64,000 nt of DNA, from positions 28,157 to 92,156 of the IMG/VR virus record IMGVR_UViG_3300032303_001195, one strand, 5' to 3'. Both the position numbers and the translations under genes were made by a program. The notes beneath the pieces were generated by a model. It made no database searches. It saw only the letters and a list, made by a program, of their open reading frames with translations, and was not told the DNA's origin. Below are positions 17,494-28,446 of this stretch, in pieces (position 1 is the stretch's first letter; every line of letters starts with the position of its first letter). The DNA is from a virus (taxonomy: Duplodnaviria; Caudoviricetes).

Positions 17494-20400
17494 ATGAAAT
17501 CTCAATCTAACCTTTATGCAGATAGGATACTTCTAGAGCATCCTAATGCTATTTGGGCATTAGACGATACCGTTGATTTTTTATCACTTATTTATGGTGA
17601 CAAAAGAAACTTATCTTTTACGAGTTTTTGGACTGTTTCTGGGGTAAGTCCATTAAGTGTAACCCTAGAAAATGCAAGTAATATACCTACAGTTCCATTT
17701 CCAGAAGACTATATAAATAAAATAGTAAACACTTCTTCTGGATCAATTTCTTTTGCTGGAAATAATCTTATTCAAAGATCATCTTTAAGTGAAGATTTAG
17801 AAAATATAACACTAAGTTTTTATACATACATTGAGGGATCTGTTGGTTCAAATACAAAAGCAAAACTAGGTTTTGACTATGGAGATTACTCAGTTAGACA
17901 AGAAATAGATATAGATGTTGCTAATACTTGGGTATTTATTTCTAAAACATTTGAGTTACCTAGTTACACATATTATCCAGATAATTATTTTGAACCATTT
18001 ATTGGTTTTACAAATTTAAATAATTCTAATAAAAAGATCTATGTAAATGGAATTACTTTTGGTCAATTATCAGAAGAGTTTGCTCCAACATCTTTGGGTT
18101 CTATTTCAACTTTTACATACCCTTCAGATTTCCCAATTAATTTAGGTAGTACTGGAGTAGTTGCAAAAAAATATGGAAACTTTAAAACAGACCCACAAGT
18201 AAGCGATGGGGTATATGTTATCGAAAATGGTAAAATTTTAGCAAAAAATTCGGGAATACCGATGATCTATGGTGCTAAAAATGTTACTATGCTTAGTCCT
18301 AGTAGTTCTGAAAATCCATCACTAGTTTTACCTGGTTTTGGATTTCTTCATAACTCAGGCAAAAACAGAGATATGTCTATTGATTTTTGGTTAAGAATAA
18401 ATCCACATACCTCAATTCCTAAGAAAATTTTTGGACCAATAGCTTCTAGTGATGGACTCTACGTTGATGGATCATTTTTAATTTGGAAAATTGGAAAATA
18501 CTTTGGGTCATACTATGTTTCAGAATGGTATAGACCAATGCTTGTTAGCTTAATATACACAGCATCACATTCATCTGTAATGGTTAATGGAAAAGAAGTT
18601 ATACTTTTAAATTTTGAATATGACGATAAAACTAATACAAATGATTTAGATTTTCCAAAAAATAAATTTGAAGTAAATAATTCTGGAGCTACTATAAAAA
18701 CCAAAAACTATAACTGGCTAGGTTTTTATTGTTATGAAGATATTTTTCAAATGGAGCTAGACTGTGTTGGTATTTATTCATATGAAATTCCGTCCACATT
18801 ATCCAAAAGAAGATGGGCATATGGACAAGCAGTTGAATTTCCAGAAGGTATTATTTCAGATAATGGAGGAACATCAACTGTAGTAGATTTTCCATCTGCA
18901 AATTATGTAAATAATTTTAACTACCCAGCACAAAATAAATGGGAACATGGAATTATGGATGCAGTTGCATCTATCAATGACACACTATCTTCTACAGCTT
19001 ATTCAGCACCAGAAGTCTACTTTGATAATAAAACAGAAGTTGAATGGCAAGCCACGATACAGGATACTAAAAATATTTGTTTAGTACCGACTCCAGACTG
19101 GGAAAATACAAACGGATATATAACATTTGGAAAGTTAAGATCTTTTAGAGATAATATCGTTTCTATTTATGGAGTTTTTCAAATACCAATTAACTTAACC
19201 TCTACACAAATTCTTTTTAAGTTATTTGATGAAAATACAGGCAGCTATCTACAATCAACCATTGACTCAACTGGTAGTCAGTTACAATATGACTTTTATT
19301 CTGCATATACTGATCTTCACACTACTTGGTCTTATGACAATATATCTGATATAGATTTAAGAGGTACAAGCATTAATGCAGGTATATGTTTTAATTCTTT
19401 AACTACTACTGATGGAAACCAACAAGAGTTAGCAAACTTTATTAATAATAAACAAAGACTTTCTGTTTATGTTGGTGGAAATGAACTTTTTACAAATACA
19501 TTTACTGGAGTTATTGAAAATTTCTCATTCGTAAATAATAGAAATTTCTTAGAGTTAGACGGATCTCCATTTATTAATTCTGCAGGATTCTTTTTTAACA
19601 ATATCCAGTACAATAGCTCAATACTAATTTATGATGGTGGATCATATAATACAAGTACCTGGGATTTTGATGTAGATGGAGGTAGTCCAGAAACTACATA
19701 TATTTATAATGACTCAGCTTCACCAACATCAGTTCCAGAAACATATACAGTAATTGATGGTGAGAATTTCAATACAGAAAGTCTATCTATTGTAGATGGT
19801 GGAAGTTATAATACAACATCTTGGACATCTATTTATGATGCTGGAACTCCAGTATTACAAATTTCTGGCGGTATGTTAAACAATAGCCTAATGGATCGCT
19901 ATGCAACATACTCATTATTTGGAAAATCATACCTAGAAAGTTTTGAATTATCTATTGCATCTAATGGATATTGGGAAGACTATATTCCACTGAAATCGTT
20001 AGCTAAAAAAATAAATGATTCTACTTATGATCTGTCTTATCTTCAGTTCAATGTTGGTTATCCAAAACCAGTAAAATATCTTTCATCTACTGCATATGAC
20101 ACTACAAAGTCTTCTGTAAGAACATATATAAGCTTTCAACAAAACAATGCAAACAGAAATCTTGTTTTTACCACAACAGTAGAGCCAAAGATTCAGGGTC
20201 TTCATAATATCAATAACACAATGATTCAGTCAGATAAAAGATTTGAGGTTGTTGATGGTGACGTAATTAATATAGTTGACTTAACAACACAAGAAATTGA
20301 AAATCTTTATCTCGTTATTCATGTTGAACTTAATAGTCCAGATATTTTAACTAGACCAATTAGAATAAAGAGTCTACAAATTGCAGGTAAAACAAATACA

Positions 20401-21180
20401 GTTAATACAGCTAATCCAATTGGAACAAAATTTGGATCAAATATTTATCAGTATGAGCAAGATTCTAATTTAGTAAATGTTAATGCAAATCCATTTACAA
20501 TTGGAAAACAAATGACTCCATACCTATATTTGACAAGATCTAGTGGAATTAAGTCAGTCTCAGGAAATCTGGAAACATCTGGACTTGCTGTGCCTGTCAA
20601 TACAAATAAAGATACTGAGTATAAGTTGTCTTCTTTTGTTGCATCTATAAGATATGACGAAAACTATTTTCCAAATAAAGAAAGTAAAATTGCAACAATT
20701 AAATATGCAACAGATTATGTTGACTTTTATATTAGTCCATATAACTCAAAATTAACTCGTGCAAAAATTTATGCAAAGTTAAGAAGCACTGGAGCATCCT
20801 TTACTAATTTGCAATATTTTATTAATGGAAGACTTGTTTCTAATCCAGTGATAAATGTTTATGAGTGGAACAACTTCGGGGTATTGTTTAACTCCCCAAT
20901 AAACATGTATAATTCATCTGATGATATGTTTATTGCTTTTGTAAATAAGTTTACTTTCAATAATGTTGTTTGCTATAAGTCTCTTGCTTATATCTCTAGT
21001 AATGAAGGAATGGATCTTACATATTATTATGGAGTTTCTCCAAATAGAACAAATAATTTATTGATTAGACCAAAGAAAGTTGTAATTGAAGATAAAGGAA
21101 CTCCATTATCTGCCAATTCTTACTCATTAAGATACTATAAGGACATCTCAACTACCACAAAAACCCTGACTCCTGCATAA
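17494..21180 (+). CDS. large virion structural protein (LamG-like domains)
   Basis: YADRILLEHPNAIWALDD start; beta-rich; located in the structural operon. Confidence 0.65.
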   Translation: MKSQSNLYADRILLEHPNAIWALDDTVDFLSLIYGDKRNLSFTSFWTVSGVSPLSVTLENASNIPTVPFPEDYINKIVNTSSGSISFAGNNLIQRSSLSEDLENITLSFYTYIEGSVGSNTKAKLGFDYGDYSVRQEIDIDVANTWVFISKTFELPSYTYYPDNYFEPFIGFTNLNNSNKKIYVNGITFGQLSEEFAPTSLGSISTFTYPSDFPINLGSTGVVAKKYGNFKTDPQVSDGVYVIENGKILAKNSGIPMIYGAKNVTMLSPSSSENPSLVLPGFGFLHNSGKNRDMSIDFWLRINPHTSIPKKIFGPIASSDGLYVDGSFLIWKIGKYFGSYYVSEWYRPMLVSLIYTASHSSVMVNGKEVILLNFEYDDKTNTNDLDFPKNKFEVNNSGATIKTKNYNWLGFYCYEDIFQMELDCVGIYSYEIPSTLSKRRWAYGQAVEFPEGIISDNGGTSTVVDFPSANYVNNFNYPAQNKWEHGIMDAVASINDTLSSTAYSAPEVYFDNKTEVEWQATIQDTKNICLVPTPDWENTNGYITFGKLRSFRDNIVSIYGVFQIPINLTSTQILFKLFDENTGSYLQSTIDSTGSQLQYDFYSAYTDLHTTWSYDNISDIDLRGTSINAGICFNSLTTTDGNQQELANFINNKQRLSVYVGGNELFTNTFTGVIENFSFVNNRNFLELDGSPFINSAGFFFNNIQYNSSILIYDGGSYNTSTWDFDVDGGSPETTYIYNDSASPTSVPETYTVIDGENFNTESLSIVDGGSYNTTSWTSIYDAGTPVLQISGGMLNNSLMDRYATYSLFGKSYLESFELSIASNGYWEDYIPLKSLAKKINDSTYDLSYLQFNVGYPKPVKYLSSTAYDTTKSSVRTYISFQQNNANRNLVFTTTVEPKIQGLHNINNTMIQSDKRFEVVDGDVINIVDLTTQEIENLYLVIHVELNSPDILTRPIRIKSLQIAGKTNTVNTANPIGTKFGSNIYQYEQDSNLVNVNANPFTIGKQMTPYLYLTRSSGIKSVSGNLETSGLAVPVNTNKDTEYKLSSFVASIRYDENYFPNKESKIATIKYATDYVDFYISPYNSKLTRAKIYAKLRSTGASFTNLQYFINGRLVSNPVINVYEWNNFGVLFNSPINMYNSSDDMFIAFVNKFTFNNVVCYKSLAYISSNEGMDLTYYYGVSPNRTNNLLIRPKKVVIEDKGTPLSANSYSLRYYKDISTTTKTLTPA

Positions 21181-21198
21181 TATGGTATACTAGTGTTC

Positions 21199-21567
21199 AT
21201 GGAAAAGATTATGAAGGGTCAAATTGGTGAAACCAAGATCCAATTTGTTAATGATAACCTTACAAATGCTGGTGTTTATGTATGGAAAAAGTCTAATGGT
21301 AAGTTTTTTACCGATAATGATAATAATGTTTTAAACATTCCATCAATGCGTGGCGATCAATCTAAGATTGCAGAACTTAAAAAGGCAGCAGCTTATTACG
21401 GTGAACCTGACGGTGAAGCCGTATTTTTTGAGGGTACTGCAAGAATCTCAGATGAAGAATATTCAGAACAAAAGGACCGTATGTCACAAGGTCTAATCCC
21501 ATCCATGAATGACCTTGGTGCAGTTATTGCAGCCAAGAAGACCTTGGAGATGTATGGCGATGAATGA
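21199..21567 (+). CDS. conserved hypothetical protein upstream of portal
   Basis: ORF track; TGGTATACT promoter just upstream. Confidence 0.75.
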   Translation: MEKIMKGQIGETKIQFVNDNLTNAGVYVWKKSNGKFFTDNDNNVLNIPSMRGDQSKIAELKKAAAYYGEPDGEAVFFEGTARISDEEYSEQKDRMSQGLIPSMNDLGAVIAAKKTLEMYGDE

Positions 21568-23158
21568 GATAACTAAGATTGCAATTCCAATTAGAGATGA
21601 TTCATATCTTGATCAAGATGTTGTTGTAAATAATGATCCATTTACAAAAACGTGGGATGAAATTAAGAACTATTCTGGGATAGACCCAAACTTTAAACGT
21701 CGTGAATCTCGCATGGAAAAAGCAGCAATGACTGATGCTTACATGGATTCTGCAAGTGCAATTGATTCTGGTCGTGAAGATGCAAAATCAAAGAAACTAA
21801 ATCCAGGAGCCGTATATCGTAATGCCTACGGTATTTTTGATATCATTACGCCACCATATGATGTATATCAGCTTGCTGGATACTACGATACTTCATTTGC
21901 TAACCACGCAGCCATTGATGCTAAGGTGGAAAACATTGTTGGTCTTGGATATGACTTTGTTGTTGCAGATAGAACTCTAATGCGTCTTGAAGCAGAAGAG
22001 GATTCAGAAAAGGTTACTCGTGCTCGTAAGCGCATTGAGCGAGCAAAGATCGAGCTACGTGATTGGATGGAAAGTCTTAATTCAGATGATAGCTTTACCA
22101 CTACAATGGAAAAAGTTTATACAGATGTTCAAGCAACAGGTAACGGCTACATTGAAGTAGGTCGTACAGTAAACGGACAGATTGGTTATATTGGTCACAT
22201 TCCTGCCACTACTGTTCGAGTTCGTCGTTTGCATGATGGTTTTGTTCAGATCATTGCAAATAAGGTTGTTTACTTCCGTAATTTCGGGGCAACTAATGCA
22301 AACCCAGTAACACAAGATCCACGTCCTAATGAGATTATTCACATTAAGGATTACTCTCCTCTAAATACTTTTTATGGTGTTCCAGATGTTATTTCTGCAA
22401 TGCCCTCTTTGATCGGTGATGGATTTGCATCACAGTACAACATAGACTACTTCCAAAATAAGGCTGTCCCTCGTTACATTGTTACATTAAAGGGAGCACA
22501 GCTGTCACAGGAGGCTGAAGACAAGCTGTTTAGATTCCTTCAGACAGGAATGAAGAGCCAGAACCACCGTACACTTTATATCCCACTCCCAGGTGATTCT
22601 GATATGAATAAGGTTGAGTTTAAGATGGAGCCAATTGAGGCAGGTGTTCAGGAAGGATCATTCCACCAATACCGTCAACAGGTTCGTGATGATATCCTTA
22701 TTGCACACCAGGTTCCACTTTCAAAGCTTGGTGGTGGAGAAGCTGCAAACATTGCTGCAGCACTTGCACAGGACCGTACATTTAAGGAACAGGTTGCAAG
22801 ACCTGCACAGCGTAATCTTGAAAAGATTCTTAACAAGATCATTCGTGAAAAAACAGATGTTCTTGAGCTTAAGTTTAATGAGCTTACTCTTACAGATGAA
22901 CTTGCACAATCTCAGATTATGACTAACTACGTTAAGAATCAGATTATGTCTCCTAACGAAGTCCGTGATGCACTTAATTTACCACAGCGTCCAGACAGCG
23001 ATAAGATGATTGTTCCAACACCAAGACAGGCAACTGATGCAAATGCGAATAATGAACAGAATAGAACTCGTGATGCTGAACGCCAGCAAAACCAAGCTGA
23101 TAATACTGCTACCACCTCTGGAAGAAATCCAAAAGGTGAAGGCAGATCATCATCTTAA
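21560..23158 (+). CDS. portal protein
   Basis: TGNGYIEV.R, HIPA..VR, NEIIH, YGVP, YFQN.AVP, I..AHQVP, PNEVR motifs. Confidence 0.92.
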   Translation: MNEITKIAIPIRDDSYLDQDVVVNNDPFTKTWDEIKNYSGIDPNFKRRESRMEKAAMTDAYMDSASAIDSGREDAKSKKLNPGAVYRNAYGIFDIITPPYDVYQLAGYYDTSFANHAAIDAKVENIVGLGYDFVVADRTLMRLEAEEDSEKVTRARKRIERAKIELRDWMESLNSDDSFTTTMEKVYTDVQATGNGYIEVGRTVNGQIGYIGHIPATTVRVRRLHDGFVQIIANKVVYFRNFGATNANPVTQDPRPNEIIHIKDYSPLNTFYGVPDVISAMPSLIGDGFASQYNIDYFQNKAVPRYIVTLKGAQLSQEAEDKLFRFLQTGMKSQNHRTLYIPLPGDSDMNKVEFKMEPIEAGVQEGSFHQYRQQVRDDILIAHQVPLSKLGGGEAANIAAALAQDRTFKEQVARPAQRNLEKILNKIIREKTDVLELKFNELTLTDELAQSQIMTNYVKNQIMSPNEVRDALNLPQRPDSDKMIVPTPRQATDANANNEQNRTRDAERQQNQADNTATTSGRNPKGEGRSSS

Positions 23159-23221
23159 AAATAGTGTATAATTATAACAAAATAGTAACTTTTTACAAAA
23201 AGGCAATATAATTAGATTAGT

Positions 23222-24511
23222 ATGACTATTCAAAAAGCACGTTGGGAATCTGAAGGCGACAATGTTCGTCTTTCAATGCCGTTCAGTAAAGTAGATCAAG
23301 AGAGACGTCTTGTCTCTGGTTTTGCTACTTTAGACAACATCGATAAGCAGTCCGATGTGGTTACAACAGAAGCATCTTTAAAAGCGTTTGCTAAATTCCG
23401 TGGCAATATTCGTGAAATGCACCAACCAATGGCGGTAGGTAAGATGGTTAACTTTAAAGAAGACAAGTACTTTGACCCAGAGACAAAGAAGTTCTATAAT
23501 GGTGTATTTGTTTCTGCTTATGTTTCAAAGGGTGCTCAGAATACCTGGGAAAAGGTTCTTGATGGAACACTTTCAGGTTTCTCCATTGGTGGAAAGATGA
23601 ACAAGTGGGATGATGGTTATGACGAAAAGATGGATACATCAATTCGTATTATTAAAGACTATGACTTAGTTGAACTTTCACTTGTTGATAATCCTGCTAA
23701 TCAATTTGCAAACGTTATCTCTATTGAGAAGAATCAGGCTGGTGATACAGTAGTAAAGGGAGAGGTCGCAGATCTTAAAATTGAAAATGTATTTTGGGAT
23801 AAAGAATCTGGACTAGTTATGGTTTCAGATAATGAAGTTGAAGTTAGCCCAACAAGTGGTATTCCAATGCAGAACATTGGTTTTGTTGAAAAGTCAGATT
23901 CTGACAAAGTAGACATGATTAAATTCTTGGTTAATAGTGCTAAAGGCATTAAGAATACTGAGATTAACAAGGAGGATAATATGACAGATGAAACAACAAA
24001 TGTTGAAGAAGTCGAAATCGCTCCAGAGGCAGATGCCGCAATTGAAGAGGTTGTCGAAGAAACTACAGAGGTCATAGAGGCTGATGTAGAAAAGGCAACT
24101 AATGATGTTGTACCAGCAAAGCCTGAGTCAGAGGATGAAATGTCAACCGATGACGAGCAGGAAGATGCTGAAGAGGATATGAAGCCAGTTTCAAAGTCAG
24201 ACGAGGAAATTGTGGAAACAATTACTGACATGAAAAATACTCTTACATCAGCCTTTAGCGATATGGCAACAATGGTTAAGTCACTTAGCGATGAAGTTGC
24301 TGCACTAAAGAAGTCACTTGGATATGTCAACGAGGTTCTCGGGGATGCAGAAAAGGACTTTAACAATCTTGGAAAGCGTATCGATGCAGTAGAAGCAGAT
24401 ACAGCTTTCCGCAAGTCTGGCGATCTAGGCGAGATCGTACAGGAACCAGCAATGGTTGAAAAATCAGTATGGGGCGGACGTTTCCTCACAAATGCCGATC
24501 TACTGAAATAA
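23222..24511 (+). CDS. prohead maturation protease with C-terminal scaffold domain
   Basis: IREMH, GFSIGG, ELSLVDNPAN; acidic coiled-coil C-terminus. Confidence 0.88.
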   Translation: MTIQKARWESEGDNVRLSMPFSKVDQERRLVSGFATLDNIDKQSDVVTTEASLKAFAKFRGNIREMHQPMAVGKMVNFKEDKYFDPETKKFYNGVFVSAYVSKGAQNTWEKVLDGTLSGFSIGGKMNKWDDGYDEKMDTSIRIIKDYDLVELSLVDNPANQFANVISIEKNQAGDTVVKGEVADLKIENVFWDKESGLVMVSDNEVEVSPTSGIPMQNIGFVEKSDSDKVDMIKFLVNSAKGIKNTEINKEDNMTDETTNVEEVEIAPEADAAIEEVVEETTEVIEADVEKATNDVVPAKPESEDEMSTDDEQEDAEEDMKPVSKSDEEIVETITDMKNTLTSAFSDMATMVKSLSDEVAALKKSLGYVNEVLGDAEKDFNNLGKRIDAVEADTAFRKSGDLGEIVQEPAMVEKSVWGGRFLTNADLLK

Positions 24512-24541
24512 AAAATAAAAAATCACTTGGAGGTGAAATAT

Positions 24542-25654
24542 ATGTCAGAAGAAATCATTAAGAATATCCCTGGAACAGGCGGAGCGTTTCCTAACTCAGA
24601 CGGTCAGTTTGCTGCAGGTGGTATCGGTGGTGTAGCAGATCCTGCTTTTGCTTTTGTTGGTAACAATGTACCAGGCGAAGCAAACTATGGATCAACAGAA
24701 GGTATTAACGCTGTTAACCCTTCCTACACCGATAGCCCTAACTACCCAGGTGCTGGTATCCTGCGTCCCGAACAAGCTCGTCGTTTTATCGACTACATTT
24801 GGGATGCGACAACCCTCGCTAACGATGGACGTCGCGTTACGATGCGAGCCAACACAATGGAGCTAGAGAAGGTTAACGTTGGTGAGCGTGTTGTTCGTGC
24901 TGCAAATCAGGGCGACCCATCATTCACTAACGCAGGAGCAACCTTTACTAAGGTTGAACTCACAACAAAGAAGCTACGTCTCGACTGGGAAGTCTCAGCC
25001 GAAGCTCTCGAAGACAATATTGAAGGAGGTGCTCTTGAGGACCACTTGGTTCGTCTCATGACCACCGCTTTCGGTAACGACATCGAGGACCTTGCCATCA
25101 ATGGTCTTGGTTCAGGCTCAGGCGATGACTTCCTTGGTATTATGCAGGGTTTTGTTGATCGTGTCCAGAACGATGGATTCGCTCACGAAGCTACTGTTGA
25201 CCAAGGAGATGCTAACTGGACAGTACACGATATGCAGAAGCTAGTTCTAGCTATGCCACGTCGTTACCGTGCGCTCCAGACAGGACTTAAGTTCTATGCT
25301 GGAACAGACACATTTGCTAACATTGTCAAGAACAACGGTACAGTCTTTGACTCTATCGGTTCAACTGAGGCTGCTCGTGGTTCATACCTCGGCGGTGTCG
25401 ATCAGACAGTTGGCGGTGCTCGTCAAACTCGCGTTCTCGGTATTCCAGTGCTTGAAGTTCCTTACTACCCTGCGGATTACGTAGACCTTACGTTCCCACA
25501 GAACCGTATCTGGGGCTTCCAGCGTGACATTACTGTCAACCGCTTCTACGTTCCCAAGAAGGACACCATTGAGTACACTGTATTCGTACGCTTTGGTATC
25601 AACTGGGAAGAGCAGGATGCTATCGCTTACGCGACAAAGCCAGCTCAGTCCTAA
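24542..25654 (+). CDS. major capsid protein (HK97 fold)
   Basis: G.LRPEQARRFID, EALEDNIE, DIEDLAING; GGAGGTG RBS; biased codon usage; terminator follows. Confidence 0.92.
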   Translation: MSEEIIKNIPGTGGAFPNSDGQFAAGGIGGVADPAFAFVGNNVPGEANYGSTEGINAVNPSYTDSPNYPGAGILRPEQARRFIDYIWDATTLANDGRRVTMRANTMELEKVNVGERVVRAANQGDPSFTNAGATFTKVELTTKKLRLDWEVSAEALEDNIEGGALEDHLVRLMTTAFGNDIEDLAINGLGSGSGDDFLGIMQGFVDRVQNDGFAHEATVDQGDANWTVHDMQKLVLAMPRRYRALQTGLKFYAGTDTFANIVKNNGTVFDSIGSTEAARGSYLGGVDQTVGGARQTRVLGIPVLEVPYYPADYVDLTFPQNRIWGFQRDITVNRFYVPKKDTIEYTVFVRFGINWEEQDAIAYATKPAQS

Positions 25655-25667
25655 GTAGAACAATCTT

Positions 25668-25706
25668 GAGGGGGTGAGGACAATAGTCCTCGCCCCTTCT
25701 TTATTT
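25668..25706 (+). terminator. intrinsic terminator
   Basis: GGGGTGAGGAC-AATA-GTCCTCGCCCC followed by a T-rich tail. Confidence 0.8.
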
Positions 25707-25740
25707 GTGTTGTATAATTAATTAAGGAGTTTGATATTTT

Positions 25741-26700
25741 ATGGAAGTTTTAAGAGTGCCACCATATCCCATTACAACTACATGGGATGTTCCAGAAGCG
25801 AACGCAGCTTACACACTTTATGTGGAGGATTTGGTTGATCACTCATTTGAAACATCTACTGTAACATCAGATGCCAACTCAAAAATAACATATATTCTTC
25901 CAAGGTCTAAGGTTCAGTTTGATAGAGACTTTCTTTTTCGTGCATATGAAGTAGATCTTAATGGTGAAATTGTTATAGATGAAAATCTAACAGTTTATAG
26001 ACCATATGTAGATCCAAATATGCTTGGTACAACTGCATCAGAAATTGCAGAATACAAAGAACTTGAAATTGTTGCTCGATCAATTATTGATACATTTCTT
26101 CAAGAAGGATCAGGTACTGGTGGAGCCTTTTATAACCACAAACTTATCATTCAGCAAGTAGGGCAGGGAACAGATTATTTTCCTCTTTGGCACAACACAA
26201 ACCGTGTATTAAAGGTATATGAAAACAATGTACTAGTATTTGATTATGAGACAAAGGCAGACTGGGAATTTCAGTACGCAGTAACTCTTGATAATACTAG
26301 TATTTATAGATATTCAACATCAGAACTAACTAATCCAGTAATTTCAGGATACAACAGATTAGAGTATAATCCAACAACACTTCCAGTTGCAATGGGAGAT
26401 CTTGGATTCTACGGTAGAAGTGGATATGGAGTAGCATTTCCAAAAGGCTATGACTATATCTTTATTCTTGATGCTGGATATAAAGCTATACCACCAGATG
26501 TAGAGCTTGCAGCTAAATACTTGATTGAAGACATTAAGTGTGGAAACAATGAATACTGGAAGAGATTTATAACTCAATACAATACAGATCAGTTTAACAT
26601 TAAGTTTGCCCCACAATTTTTGGAGGGAACTGGCAATATTATTGTAGATAAGATTCTTACTAACTATAAGGGTAATCTGCTTAAGCCAGGAATAATGTAA
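25741..26700 (+). CDS. head-tail adaptor/connector
   Basis: Position after capsid; AGYKAIPPDVELAA motif. Confidence 0.7.
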   Translation: MEVLRVPPYPITTTWDVPEANAAYTLYVEDLVDHSFETSTVTSDANSKITYILPRSKVQFDRDFLFRAYEVDLNGEIVIDENLTVYRPYVDPNMLGTTASEIAEYKELEIVARSIIDTFLQEGSGTGGAFYNHKLIIQQVGQGTDYFPLWHNTNRVLKVYENNVLVFDYETKADWEFQYAVTLDNTSIYRYSTSELTNPVISGYNRLEYNPTTLPVAMGDLGFYGRSGYGVAFPKGYDYIFILDAGYKAIPPDVELAAKYLIEDIKCGNNEYWKRFITQYNTDQFNIKFAPQFLEGTGNIIVDKILTNYKGNLLKPGIM

Positions 26701-27152
26701 TGAACATTGTATGTGAGAAAACAAACGTAATCTACCCACTTCTTGCAGATGTTTATTATCCAACTGTAGAACAAAGTGCCTATGGCGATACTCGTAAAAC
26801 ATGGATGCTTGATGCAACAATAGCTTGTTTTTTTGCACCAGCAGGTAGAAAATATCTACAAGAGGTCAGTACAAATCCAAACATTACAATTGATAATTCT
26901 TTAGTTGGACGAACAAGAAGTGATATAAGAATTTCTAGCAGAGCAGCAGCTACATCAATTACAAACATCATATTGACAAATATTCGTGACACTAATGGAA
27001 ATCCAATCTATATTGAAACTGCTGGAGTCAGGGCAGGAAAGTCAACAGTATTTGAAATAGCAACTAATGAGCCAATTGTAGGTGCTTTTGGAAAAGTAGA
27101 ATACTATAAGGTAGTAATCAGAAGATCTGATAATCAGGCGGTAGATGTATAA
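26700..27152 (+). CDS. head-tail stopper/closure protein
   Basis: Synteny and size. Confidence 0.55.
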   Translation: MNIVCEKTNVIYPLLADVYYPTVEQSAYGDTRKTWMLDATIACFFAPAGRKYLQEVSTNPNITIDNSLVGRTRSDIRISSRAAATSITNIILTNIRDTNGNPIYIETAGVRAGKSTVFEIATNEPIVGAFGKVEYYKVVIRRSDNQAVDV

Positions 27153-27823
27153 TGTTTAGAGTTGAAACAAAATATGAACAATCTATGAAAGATATGAAAA
27201 ATCTTATTGCATATTCTGAAGGATTTTTAGAAGGTGCTAAAAGAAACAAAACTGTTTTTCTAGATGGTTTGGGATTACAACTTAAAGAAACTTTAGGGCA
27301 GTATATTGACTCTATGGCAAGGGTAGATCCACAAAGTCTCCATCATGTGTATGAATGGTATAAAACAGGTAGTTCTGATGCAAGACTATTTGACATAGAT
27401 TATACAGTTTCTGGCGTTGGTCTTTCAATTTATGGAACTTTGACTCAATCAAAAACAGTTGCAGAAGGATCTAAAGAACCTTTTTATAATAAAGCAAGAG
27501 TTATGGAGTCTGGAAGTTCTGTAACAATTAAACCAAAAACTGCTTCAAAGCTTAAGTTTAATATAGATGGAAGAGACATATATTCTTCTGGTCCAATTAC
27601 TGTAACTAATCCTGGAGGAAACCAGGTTAGAGGATCTTTTCATAATACATTTAAGCAGTTTATGGAATCATACCTATCTCAATCATTATTGGACATAAGT
27701 GGTTTTTCTAGAAATCTTGCAAATCCAATAGACTTTAAAGAAAATATTTTATCTGGAATTCGTGGCGGTAGATCTGTAGGAATCAGAGTAGGCATGAATT
27801 GGATAGCAAAAGGAGTAGCATAA
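27152..27823 (+). CDS. neck/tail completion protein
   Basis: Synteny; TIKPK...LKF motif. Confidence 0.55.
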   Translation: MFRVETKYEQSMKDMKNLIAYSEGFLEGAKRNKTVFLDGLGLQLKETLGQYIDSMARVDPQSLHHVYEWYKTGSSDARLFDIDYTVSGVGLSIYGTLTQSKTVAEGSKEPFYNKARVMESGSSVTIKPKTASKLKFNIDGRDIYSSGPITVTNPGGNQVRGSFHNTFKQFMESYLSQSLLDISGFSRNLANPIDFKENILSGIRGGRSVGIRVGMNWIAKGVA

Positions 27824-28383
27824 TGACAAATCCAGTAGCAATATCATATCCCCCAGTATTACTCAATGAGTACCTTGCTGAAAAAATTGTAGAAAGAATA
27901 CCACACAGATTCGATAGCGATGTTTTAAGATTCTTTCCAACAATGCCAACAGACATAACTGCTTTAACAGAAAACTTCCCAGAAGCAGCAAATGATGTTT
28001 TTGTAGTTTATGACAGAATGTTTCAGATGCGTAGAGGTCCATTCCCACACATTAAGTCAGAGCAACTATTATATTATTTTTATAAAATCAATAGCGATCC
28101 AGAAGCACTTTTTGAAACAACACAAATTGTAGCAGACCTACTTGATCGTGGAGATGAATCAGCACAAGAAGTTAATGAATGGATAGAGTCAAAAGCAAAT
28201 GGAGGACTTGTAATTTTTGGAACTGGATCATTAGCAAGAACATTCAAACCAGTATTCTTTCATGACATTAAAATATTTCAACTTCAAGAAACAAAAGACG
28301 TCATTGATTTTAATACTGTTAGAACTTTTACAGGAAATAAAGTCATTATCGATTATCGTTATCATACTCAGGATTATTTATAA
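27823..28383 (+). CDS. tail terminator-like protein
   Basis: Synteny directly before the tail tube gene. Confidence 0.5.
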   Translation: MTNPVAISYPPVLLNEYLAEKIVERIPHRFDSDVLRFFPTMPTDITALTENFPEAANDVFVVYDRMFQMRRGPFPHIKSEQLLYYFYKINSDPEALFETTQIVADLLDRGDESAQEVNEWIESKANGGLVIFGTGSLARTFKPVFFHDIKIFQLQETKDVIDFNTVRTFTGNKVIIDYRYHTQDYL

Positions 28384-28446
28384 ATGAATGATAAACTTTA
28401 AATGAGGAAACGCCCCAAATTCTAAGAAAAATGAGGTGAAATAAAT

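Noticed and set aside
23734-24489. 251-aa minus-strand ORF and similar antisense ORFs across the structural and replication genes
   Set aside because: These are shadow frames of strongly biased plus-strand genes, with S/T-rich low-information translations and no start signals.
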